Source of the DNA: Eledone cirrhosa
Taxonomy: Eukaryota
NCBI GenBank assembly: GCA_964016885.1
Contig: OZ024741.1
Coordinates: 6,076,001 to 6,140,000, forward strand
Direction of reading: 5' to 3'
DNA length: 64,000 nt
Shown piece by piece: positions 50,691 through 64,000 of this stretch. A program made the translations under genes and the position numbers. Below the pieces are notes generated by a model, which saw nothing but the letters and a program-made list of their open reading frames with translations, did not search any database and was not told the DNA's origin. Each line of letters begins with the position of its first letter. The first letter of the stretch is position 1.

Positions 50691-53600
50691 ATTACACCAC
50701 TACTAGTACCACCACTACTGGTACCACCATCCTCTCCACCTTACACCACTACCTGTACCACCACCCTCTCCACCTTACACCACTACTGGTACCACCACTA
50801 CTGGTACCACCATCCTCTCCACCTTACACCACTACCTGTACCACCACCCTCTCCACCTTACACCACTACTGGTACCACCACTACTGGTACCACCATCCTC
50901 TCCACCTTACACCACTACCTGTACCACCACCCTCTCCACCTTACACCACTACTGGTACCACCACTACTAGTACCACCACCCTCTCCACCTTACACCACTA
51001 CTGGTACCACCATCCTCTCCACCTTACACCACTACCTGTACCACCACCCTCTCCACCTTACACCACTACCTGTACCACCACCCTCTCCACATTACACCAC
51101 TACCTGTACCACCACCCTCTCCACCTTACACCACTACTAGTACCACCACCCTCTCCACCTTACACCACTACCTGTACCACCACCCTCTCCACATTACACC
51201 ACTACCTGTACCACCACCCTCTCCACCTTACACCACTACTAGTACCACCACCCTCTCCACCTTACACCACTACCTGTACCACCACCCTCTCCACATTACA
51301 CCACTACCTGTACCACCACCCTCTCCACATTACACCACTACTAGTACCACCACCCTCTCCACCTTACACCACTACCTGTACCACCACCCTCTCCACCTTA
51401 CACCACTACCTGTACCACCACCCTCTCAACGTTACACCACTACCAGTACCACCACCCTCTCCACCTTACACCACTACCTGTACCACCACCCTCTCCACCT
51501 TACACCACTACCTGTACCACCACCCTCTCAACGTTACACCACTACTGGTACCACCACCCTCTCCACCTTACACCACTACTGTTACCACCACCCTCTCCAC
51601 CTTACACCACTACCAGTACCACCACCCTCTCCACCTTACACCACTACTGGTAACACCACCCTCTCCACCTTACACCACTACCAGTACCACCACCCTCTCC
51701 ACCTTACACCACTACCTGTACCACCACCCTCTCCACCTTACACCACTACTGGTACCACCACCCTCTCCACATAACACCACTACCTGTACCACCACCCTCT
51801 CCACCTTACACCACTACTAGTACCACCACCCTCTCCACCTTACACCACTACCTGTACCACCACCCTCTCCACCTTACACCACTACCTGTACCACCACCCT
51901 CTCCACCTTACACCACTACCTGTACCACCACCCTCTCCACCTTACACCACTACCTGTACCACCACCCTCTCCACCTTACACCACTACCTGTACCACCACC
52001 CTCTCCACATTACACCACTACCAGTACCACCACCCTCTCCACCTTACACCACTACCTGTACCACCACCCTCTCCACCTTACACCACTACCTGTACCACCG
52101 CCCTCTCCACCTTACACCACTACCTGTACCACCACCCTCTCCACCTTACACCACTACCAGTACCACCACCCTCTCCACCTTACACCACTACTGGTACCAC
52201 CACCCTCTCCACATAACACCACTACCTGTACCACCACCCTCTCCACCTTACACCACTACTAGTACCACCACCCTCTCCACCTTACACCACTACCTGTACC
52301 ACCACCCTCTCCACCTTACTCCACTACTGGTACCACCACCCTCTCCACCTTACACCACTACTGGTACCACCACCCTCTCCACCTTACACCACTACCTGTA
52401 CCACCACCCTCTCCAGCTTACACCACTACCTGTACCACCACCCTCTCCACCTTACACCACTACCTGTACCACCACCCTCTCCAGCTTACACCACTACCTG
52501 TACCACCACCCTCTCCAGCTTACACCACTACCTGTACCACCACCCTCTCCACCTTACACCACTACCTGTACCACCACCCTCTCCAGCTTACACCACTACC
52601 TGTACCACCACCCTCTCCAGCTTACACCACTACCTGTACCACCACCCTCTCCACCTTACACCACTACCTGTACCACCACCCTCTCCAGCTTACACCACTA
52701 CCTGTACCACCACCCTCTCCACCTTACACCACTACCTGTACCACCACCCTCTCCACATTACACCACTACCTGTACCACCACCCTCTCCACCTTACACCAC
52801 TACCTGTACCACCACCCTCTCCACATTACACCACTACCTGTACCACCACCCTCTCCACCTTACACCACTACTGGTACCACCACCCTCTCCACCTTACACC
52901 ACTACCTGTACCACCACCCTCTCCACCTTACACCACTACCTGTACCACCACCCTCTCCACCTTACACCACTACTGGTACCACCACCCTCTCCACCTTACA
53001 CCACTACCTGTACCACCACCCTCTCCACATTACACCACTACCAGTACCACCACCCTCTCCACATTACACCACTACCTGTACCACCACCCTCTCCACATTA
53101 CACCACTACCTGTACCACCACCCTCTCCACATTACACCACTACCTGTACCACCACCCTCTCCACATTACACCACTACCTGTACCACCACCCTCTCCACCT
53201 TACACCACTACTGGTACCACCACCCTCTCCACCTTACACCACTACTGGTACCACCACCCTCTCCACCTTACACCACTACCTGTACCACCACCCTCTCCAC
53301 CTTACACCACTACCTGTACCACCACCCTCTCCACCTTACACCACTACCAGTACCACCACTCTCTCCACCTTACACCACTACCTGTACCACCACCCTCTCC
53401 ACCTTACACCACTACCTGTACCACCACCCTCTCCACATTACACCACTACCTGTACCACCACCCTCTCCACATTACACCACTACCTGTACCACCACCCTCT
53501 CCACCTTACACCACTACTGGTACCACCACCCTCTCCACCTTACACCACTACCTGTACCACCACCCTCTCCACCTTACACCACTACCTGTACCACCACCCT

Positions 53601-56600
53601 CTCCACCTTACACCACTACTGGTACCACCACCCTCTCCACCTTACACCACTACCTGTACCACCACCCTCTCCACCTTACACCACTACCTGTACCACCACC
53701 CTCTCCACCTTACACCACTACCTGTACCACCACCCTCTCCACCTTACACCACTACTGGTACCACCACCCTCTCCACCTTACACCACTACCTGTACCACCA
53801 CCCTCTCCACCTTACACCACTACTAGTACCACCACCCTCTCCACCTTACACCACTACCTGTACCACCACCCTCTCCACCTTACACCACTACCTGTACCAC
53901 CACCCTCTCCACATTACACCACTACCTGTACCACCACCCTCTCCACCTTACACCACTACTAGTACCACCACCCTCTCCACCTTACACCACTACCAGTACC
54001 ACCACCCTCTCCACCTTACACCACTACCTGTACCACCACCCTCTCCACATTACACCACTACTAGTACCACCACCCTCTCCACCTTACACCACTACCTGTA
54101 CCACCACCCTCTCCACCTTACACCACTACCTGTACCACCACCCTCTCCACCTTACACCACTACCTGTACCACCACCCTCTCCACCTTACACCACTACTGG
54201 TACCACCACCCTCTCCACCTTACACCACTACTGGTAACACCACCCTCTCCACCTTACACCACTACCTGTACCACCACCCTCTCCACCTTACACCACTACC
54301 TGTACCACCACCCTCTCCACCTTACACCACTACCTGTACCACCACCCTCTCCACCTTACACCACTACTGGTACCACCACCCTCTCCACCTTACACCACCA
54401 CTAGTACCACCACCCTCTCCACCTTACACTACTACCTGTACCACCACCCTCTCCACATTACACCACTACCTGTACCACCACCCTCTCCACCTTACACCAC
54501 TACTAGTACCACCACCCTCTCCACCTTACACCACTACTGGTACCACCACCCTCTCCACCTTACACCACTACTGGTACCACCACCCTCTCCACGTTACACC
54601 ACTACTGGCACCACCACCCTCTCCACCTTACACCACTACTAGTACCACCACCCTCTCCACCTTACACCACTACCTGTACCACCACCCTCTCCACCTTACA
54701 CCACTACCTGTACCACCACCCTCTCCACCTTACACCACTACTGGTACCACCACCCTCTCCACCTTACACCACTACTGGTACCACCACCCTCTCCACCTTA
54801 CACCACTACCTGTACCACCACCCTCTCCACCTTACACCACTACCTGTACCACCACTCTCTCCACCTTACACCACTACTGGTACCACCACCCTCTCCACCT
54901 TACACCACTACCTGTACCACCACCCTCTCCACCTTACACCACTACCTGTACCACCACCCTCTCCACCTTACACCACTACTGGTACCACCACCCTCTCCAC
55001 CTTACACCACTACCTGTACCACCACCCTCTCCACCTTACACCACTACCAGTACCACCACTCTCTCCACCTTACACCACTACCTGTACCACCACCCTCTCC
55101 ACCTTACACCACTACCTGTACCACCACCCTCTCCACCTTACACCACTACCTGTACCACCACCCTCTCCACCTTACACCACTACCTGTACCACCACCCTCT
55201 CCACCTTACACCACTACCTGTACCACCACCCTCTCCACCTTACACCACTACCTGTACCACCACCCTCTCCACCTTACACCACTACTGGTACCACCACCCT
55301 CTCCACCTTACACCACTACCTGTACCACCACCCTCTCCACCTTACACCACTACCAGTACCACCACCCTCTCCACCTTACACCACTACCTGTACCACCACC
55401 CTCTCCACCTTACACCACTACCAGTACCACCACCCTCTCCACCTTACACCACTACCTGTACCACCACCCTCTCCACCTTACACCACTACCAGTACCACCA
55501 CCCTCTCCACCTTACACCACTACCAGTACCACCACCCTCTCCACCTTACACCACTACCAGTACCACCACCCTCTCCACCTTACACCACTACCAGTACCAC
55601 CACTCTCTCCACCTTACACCACTACCTGTACCACCACCCTCTCCACCTTACACCACTACCTGTACCACCACCCTCTCCACATTACACCACTACCTGTACC
55701 ACCACCCTCTCCACATTACACCACTACCTGTACCACCACCCTCTCCACCTTACACCACTACTGGTACCACCACCCTCTCCACCTTACACCACTACCTGTA
55801 CCACCACCCTCTCCACCTTACACCACTACCTGTACCACCACCCTCTCCACCTTACACCACTACTGGTACCACCACCCTCTCCACCTTACACCACTACCTG
55901 TACCACCACCCTCTCCACCTTACACCACTACCTGTACCACCACCCTCTCCACCTTACACCACTACCTGTACCACCACCCTCTCCACCTTACACCACTACT
56001 GGTACCACCACCCTCTCCACCTTACACCACTACCTGTACCACCACCCTCTCCACCTTACACCACTACTAGTACCACCACCCTCTCCACCTTACACCACTA
56101 CCTGTACCACCACCCTCTCCACCTTACACCACTACCTGTACCACCACCCTCTCCACATTACACCACTACCTGTACCACCACCCTCTCCACCTTACACCAC
56201 TACTAGTACCACCACCCTCTCCACCTTACACCACTACCAGTACCACCACCCTCTCCACCTTACACCACTACCTGTACCACCACCCTCTCCACATTACACC
56301 ACTACTAGTACCACCACCCTCTCCACCTTACACCACTACCTGTACCACCACCCTCTCCACCTTACACCACTACCTGTACCACCACCCTCTCCACCTTACA
56401 CCACTACCTGTACCACCACCCTCTCCACCTTACACCACTACTGGTACCACCACCCTCTCCACCTTACACCACTACTGGTAACACCACCCTCTCCACCTTA
56501 CACCACTACCTGTACCACCACCCTCTCCACCTTACACCACTACCTGTACCACCACCCTCTCCACCTTACACCACTACCTGTACCACCACCCTCTCCACCT

Positions 56601-59600
56601 TACACCACTACTGGTACCACCACCCTCTCCACCTTACACCACCACTAGTACCACCACCCTCTCCACCTTACACTACTACCTGTACCACCACCCTCTCCAC
56701 ATTACACCACTACCTGTACCACCACCCTCTCCACCTTACACCACTACTAGTACCACCACCCTCTCCACCTTACACCACTACTGGTACCACCACCCTCTCC
56801 ACCTTACACCACTACTGGTACCACCACCCTCTCCACGTTACACCACTACTGGCACCACCACCCTCTCCACCTTACACCACTACTAGTACCACCACCCTCT
56901 CCACCTTACACCACTACCTGTACCACCACCCTCTCCACCTTACACCACTACCTGTACCACCACCCTCTCCACCTTACACCACTACTGGTACCACCACCCT
57001 CTCCACCTTACACCACTACTGGTACCACCACCCTCTCCACCTTACACCACTACCTGTACCACCACCCTCTCCACCTTACACCACTACCTGTACCACCACT
57101 CTCTCCACCTTACACCACTACTGGTACCACCACCCTCTCCACCTTACACCACTACCTGTACCACCACCCTCTCCACCTTACACCACTACCTGTACCACCA
57201 CCCTCTCCACCTTACACCACTACTGGTACCACCACCCTCTCCACCTTACACCACTACCTGTACCACCACCCTCTCCACCTTACACCACTACCAGTACCAC
57301 CACTCTCTCCACCTTACACCACTACCTGTACCACCACCCTCTCCACCTTACACCACTACCTGTACCACCACCCTCTCCACCTTACACCACTACCTGTACC
57401 ACCACCCTCTCCACCTTACACCACTACCTGTACCACCACCCTCTCCACCTTACACCACTACCTGTACCACCACCCTCTCCACCTTACACCACTACCTGTA
57501 CCACCACCCTCTCCACCTTACACCACTACTGGTACCACCACCCTCTCCACCTTACACCACTACCTGTACCACCACCCTCTCCACCTTACACCACTACCAG
57601 TACCACCACCCTCTCCACCTTACACCACTACCTGTACCACCACCCTCTCCACCTTACACCACTACCAGTACCACCACCCTCTCCACCTTACACCACTACC
57701 TGTACCACCACCCTCTCCACCTTACACCACTACCAGTACCACCACCCTCTCCACCTTACACCACTACCAGTACCACCACCCTCTCCACCTTACACCACTA
57801 CCAGTACCACCACCCTCTCCACCTTACACCACTACCAGTACCACCACCCTCTCCACCTTACACCACTACCAGTACCACCACCCTCTCCACCTTACACCAC
57901 TACCAGTACCACCACCCTCTCCACCTTACACCACTACCAGTACCACCACCCTCTCCACCTTACACCACTACCAGTACCACCACCCTCTCCACCTTACACC
58001 ACTAGCAGTACCACCACCCTCTCCACCTTACACCACTACCTGTACCACCACCCTCTCCACCTTACACCACTACCTGTACCACCACCCTCTCCACCTTACA
58101 CCACTACCTGTACCACCACCCTCTCCACCTTACTCCACTACTGGTACCACCACCCTCTCCACCTTACTCCACTACTGGTACCACCACCCTCTCTACCTTA
58201 CACCACTACTGGTACCACCACCCTCTCTACCTTACTCCACTACTGGTACCACCACCCTCTCCACCTTACACCACTACCTGTACCACCACCCTCTCCACCT
58301 TACACCACTACTGGTACCACCACCCTCTCCACCTTACACCACTACTGGTACCACCACCCTCTCCACCTTACACCACTACTAGTACCACCACCCTCTCCAC
58401 CTTACACCACTACTGGTACCACCACCCTCTCCACCTTACACCACTACTGGTACCACCACCCTCTCCACCTTACACCACTACCTGTACCACCACCCTCTCC
58501 ACGTTACACCACTACTGGTACCACCACCCTCTCCACCTTACACCACTACCTGTACCACCACCCTCTCCACCTTACACCACTACTGGTACCACCACCCTCT
58601 CCACCTTACACCACCTCTGGCACCACCACCCTCTCCACCTTACACCACTACTGGTACCACCACCCTCTCCACCTTACACCACTACCTGTACCACCACCCT
58701 CTCCACGTTACACCACTACTGGTACCACCACCCTCTCCACCTTACACCACTACCTGTACCACCACCCTCTCCACCTTACACCACTACCTGTACCACCACC
58801 CTCTCCACCTTACACCACTACTGGTACCACCACCCTCTCCACCTTACACCACTACCTGTACCACCACCCTCTCCACGTTACACCACTACTGGTACCACCA
58901 CCCTCTCCACCTTACACCACTACCTGTACCACCACCCCTCTCCACCTTACACCACTACCTGTACCACCACCCCTCTCCACCTTACTCCACTACTGGTACC
59001 ACCACCCTCTCCACCTTACACCACTACTGGTACACCACCCCTCCACCTTACACCACTACCTGTACCACCACCCTCTCCACCTTACACCACTACCTGTACC
59101 ACCACCCTCTCCACCTTACACCACTACCTGTACCACCACCCTCTCCACCTTACACCACTACTGTACCACCACCCTCTCCACCTTACACCACTACCTGTAC
59201 CACCACCCTCTCCACCTTACACCACTACCTGTACCACCACCCTCTCCACCTTACACCACTACCTGTACCACCACCCTCTCCACCTTACACCACTACCTGT
59301 ACCACCACCCTCTCCACCTTACACCACTACCTGTACCTCCACCCCTCTCCACCTTACACCACTACCTGTACCACCACCCTCTCCACCTTACACCACTACT
59401 GGTACCACCACCCTCTCCACCTTACACCACTACCTGTACCACCACCCTCTCCACCTTACACCACTACCTGTACCTCCACCCTCTCCACCTTACACCACTA
59501 CCTGGTACCACCACCCTCTCCACCTTACACCACTACCTGTACCACCACCCTCTCCACCTTACTCCACTACTGGTACCACCACCCTCTCCACCTTACACCA

Positions 59601-62600
59601 CTACCTGTACCACCACCCTCTCCACCTTACACCACTACTGGTACCACCACCCTCCTCCACCTTACACCACTACCTGTACCACCACCCTCTCCACCTTACA
59701 CCACTACCTGTACCACCACCCTCTCCACCTTACACCACTACCTGTACCACCACCCTCTCCACCTTACACCACTACCTGTACCACCACCCTCTCCACCTTA
59801 CACCACTACTGGTACCACCACCCTCTCCACCTTACTCCACTACTGGTACCACACCCCCTCCACCTTACACCACTACCTGTACCACCACCCTCTCCACCTT
59901 ACACCACTACCTGTACCACCACCCTCTCCACCTTACACCACTACTGGTACCACCACCCTCTCCACCTTACACCACTACTGGTACCACCACCCCTCCACCT
60001 TACACCACTACCTGTACCACCACCCTCTCCACCTTACACCACTACCTGTACCACCACCCTCTCCACCTTACACCACTACCTGTACCACCACCCTCTCCAC
60101 CTTACACCACTACTTGTACCACCACCCTCTCCACCTTACACCACTACTGGTACCACCACCCTCTCCACCTTACACCACTACTGTACCACCACCCTCTCCA
60201 CCTTACACCACTACTGGTACCACCACCCTCTCCACCTTACACCACTACCTGTACCACACCCTCTCCACCTTACACCACTACTGTACCACCACCCTCTCCA
60301 CCTTACACCACTACCTGTACCACCACCCTCTCCACCTTACACCACTACTGGTACCACCACCCCTCTCCACCTTACACCACTACCTGTACCACCACCCTCT
60401 CCACCTTACACCACTACCTGGTACCACCACCCTCTCCACCTTACACCACTACCTGTACCACCACCCTCTCCACCTTACACCACTACTGGTACCACCACCC
60501 TCTCCACCTTACACCACTACCTGTACCACCACCCTCTCCACCTTACACCACTACCTGGTACCACCACCCTCTCCACCTTACACCACTACCTGGTACCACC
60601 ACCCTCTCCACCTTACACCACTACCTGTACCACCACCCTCCTCCACCTTACACCACTACCTGGTACCTCCACCCTCTCCACCTTACACCACTACCTGTAC
60701 CACCACCCTCTCCACCTTACACCACTACTGGTACCACCACCCTCTCCACCTTACACCACTACCTGGTACCACCACCCTCTCCACCTTACACCACTACCTG
60801 TACCACCACCCTCTCCACCTTACACCACTACTGGTACCACCACCCTCTCCACCTTACACCACTACCTGTACCACCACCCTCTCCACCTTACACCACTACC
60901 TGGTACCACCACCCTCTCCACCTTACACCACTACTGGTACCACACCCTCTCCACCTTACACCACTACCTGTACCACCACCCTCTCCACCTTACACCACTA
61001 CCTGGTACCACCACCCTCTCCACCTTACACCACTACCTGTACCACCACCCTCTCCACCTTACACCACTACTGGTACCTCCACCCTCTCCACCTTACACCA
61101 CTACCTGTACCACCACCCTCTCCACCTTACACCACTACTGGTACCACCACCCTCTCCACCTTACACCACTACCTGTACCACCACCCTCTCCACCTTACAC
61201 CACTACCTGTACCACCACCCTCTCCACCTTACACCACTACCTGTACCACCACCCTCTCCACCTTACACCACTACCTGTACCACCACCCTCTCCACCTTAC
61301 ACCACTACCTGTACCACCACCCTCTCCACCTTACACCACTACTGGTACCACACCTCTCCACCTTACACCACTACTGGTACCACCACCCTCTCCACCTTAC
61401 ACCACTACTGTACCACCACCCTCTCCACCTTACACCACTACCTGTACCACCACCCTCTCCACCTTACACCACTACTGGTACCACCACCCTCTCCACCTTA
61501 CACCACTACTGTACCACCACCCTCTCCACCTTACACCACTACCTGTACCACCACCCTCTCCACCTTACACCACTACTGGTACCACCACCCTCTCCACCTT
61601 ACACACTACCAGTACCACCACCCTCTCCACCTTACACCACTACCTGTACCACCACCCTCTCCACCTTACACCACTACCTGTACCACCACCCTCTCCACCT
61701 TACACCACTACCTGTACCACCACCCTCTCCACCTTACACCACTACTGGTACCACCACCCTCTCCACCTTACACCACTACCTGTACCACCACCCTCTCCAC
61801 CTTACACCACTACCTGTACCACCACCCTCTCCACCTTACACCACTACTGTACCACCACCCTCTCCACCTTACACCACTACTGGTACCACCACCCTCTCCA
61901 CCTTACACCACTACCTGTACCACCACCCTCTCCACCTTACACCACTACTGTACCACCACCCTCTCACCTTACACCACTACTGGTACCACCACCCTCTCCA
62001 CCTTACACCACTACTGGTACCACCACCCTCTCCACCTTACACCACTACCTGTACCACCACCTCTCCACCTTACACCACTACTGTACCACCCTCTCCACCT
62101 TACACCACTACCTGTACCACCACCCTCTCCACCTTACACCACTACCTGTACCACCACCCTCTCCACCTTACACCACTACTGGTACCACCACCCTCTCCAC
62201 CTTACACCACTACCTGTACCACCACCCTCTCCACCTTACACCACTACCTGTACCACCACCCTCTCCACCTTACACCACTACCTGTACCACCACCCTCTCC
62301 ACATTACACCACTACTGGTACCACCACCCTCTCCACCTTACAGCACTACTGGTACCTCCACCCTCTCCACCTTACACCACTACCAGTACCACCACCCTCT
62401 CCACCTTACACCACTACCTGTACCACCGCCCTCTCCACCTTACACCACTACCTGTACCACCACCCTCTCCACATTACACCACTACTGGTACCACCACCCT
62501 CTCCACATTACACCACTACTGGTACCACCACCCTCTCCACCTTACACCACTACTGGTACCACCACCCTCTCCACCTTACTCCACTACTGGTACCACCACC

Positions 62601-64000
62601 CTCTCCACCTTACACCACTACCTGTACCACCACCCTCTCCACATTACACCACTACTGGTACCACCACCCTCTCCACCTTACACCACTACCAGTACCACCA
62701 CCCTCTCCACCTTACACCACTACCTGTACCACCGCCCTCTCCACCTTACACCACTACCTGTACCACCACCCTCTCCACCTTACACCACTACCTGTACCAC
62801 CACCCTCTCCACATTACACCACTACTGGTACCACCACCCTCTCCACCTTACACCACTACTGGTACCACCACCCTCTCCACCTTACTCCACTACTGGTACC
62901 ACCACCCTCTCCACATTACACCACTACTGGTACCACCACCCTCTCCACCTTACACCACTACTGGTACCACCACCCTCTCCACCTTACTCCACTACTGGTA
63001 CCACCACCCTCTCCACCTTACACCACTACTGGTACCACCACCCTCTCCACCTTACACCACTACTGGTACCACCACCCTCTCCACCTTACTCCACTACTGG
63101 TACCACCACCCTCTCCACCTTACACCACTACTGGTACCACCACCCTCTCCACCTTACACCACTACCTGTACCACCACCCTCTCCACCTTACACCACTACT
63201 GGTACCACCACCCTCTCCACCTTACACCACTACTGGTACCACCACCCTCTCCACCTTACACCACTACTGGTACCACCACCCTCTCCACCTTACTCCACTA
63301 CTGGTACCACCACCCTCTCCACCTTACACCACTACTGGTACCACCACCCTCTCCACCTTACACCACTACCTGTACCACCACCCTCTCCACCTTACACCAC
63401 TACTGGTACCACCACCCTCTCCACCTTACACCACTACTGGTACCACCACCCTCTCCACCTTACACCACTACCTGTACCACCACCCTCTCCACATTACACC
63501 ACTACTGGTACCACCACCCTCTCCACCTTACACCACTACTGGTACCACCACCCTCTCCACCTTACTCCACTACTGGTACCACCACCCTCTCCACATTACA
63601 CCACTACTGGTACCACCACCCTCTCCACCTTACACCACTACTGGTACCACCACCCTCTCCACCTTACTCCACTACTGGTACCACCACCCTCTCCACCTTA
63701 CACCACTACTGGTACCACCACCCTCTCCACCTTACACCACTACTGGTACCACCACCCTCTCCACCTTACACCACTACTGGTACCACCACCCTCTCCACCT
63801 TACACCACTACTGGTACCACCACCCTCTCCACCTTACACCACTACTGGTACCACCACCCTCTCCACCTTACACCACTACTGGTACCACCACCCTCTCCAC
63901 CTTACACCACTACTGGTACCACCACCCTCTCCACCTTACACCACTACCTGTACCACCACCCTCTCCACATTACACCACTACTGGTACCACCACCCTCTCC
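50691..64000. repeat. Satellite array 2: 34-bp unit TACCACCACCCTCTCCACCTTACACCACTA(CCTG/CTGG/CTAG/CCAG), continues past the right edge
   Basis: Continuous tandem copies, with variation concentrated in one 4-nt slot and in ACCT/ACAT/AGCT/ACGT. Confidence 0.98.

Noticed and set aside
35900-50800. Common origin of the two satellites (ACACACCTCTGC versus ACCACCCTCTCC)
   Set aside because: The similarity is short and explainable by shared C/A-rich composition.
50649-64000. Extensin/mucin-like PPPSPPYTTT reading frames
   Set aside because: The 34-bp unit cycles through all frames, and CTAG variants introduce stops freely, so there is no coding constraint.
1-64000. CRISPR array or telomeric repeat interpretation of the arrays
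   Set aside because: There are no unique spacers or cas genes, the context is eukaryotic, and there are no TTAGGG repeats.

Overview
Eukaryotic, repeat-rich DNA, most likely octopus/cephalopod (inferred from SINE and RTE-LINE motifs). It has three zones. (1) Bases 1-~36050 are an 18/20-bp satellite, GATATAGCAGAG(GT)3-4, with multi-kb internal duplications. (2) Bases ~36060-50690 are a ~14.6 kb island with one convincing gene (an intronless Spot14/MID1IP1-family CDS, 44880-45584, minus strand), tRNA-derived SINEs, two RTE-LINE 3' fragments and many microsatellites. (3) Bases ~50690-64000 are a 34-bp C-rich satellite. All long ORFs in the arrays are repeat artefacts. The most striking signal is a cluster of perfect inverted repeats at (TA)n tracts, 47.4-48.6 kb. 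A 209-bp inverted repeat carries a complete type I hammerhead ribozyme motif in each arm. A neighbouring perfect 54-bp hairpin looks like a second hammerhead whose CUGANGA core was replaced by a fold-back copy of its own 3' half. This suggests Penelope-like or retrozyme elements undergoing self-primed inversion. All coordinates were counted by eye, and no searches or folding were run.
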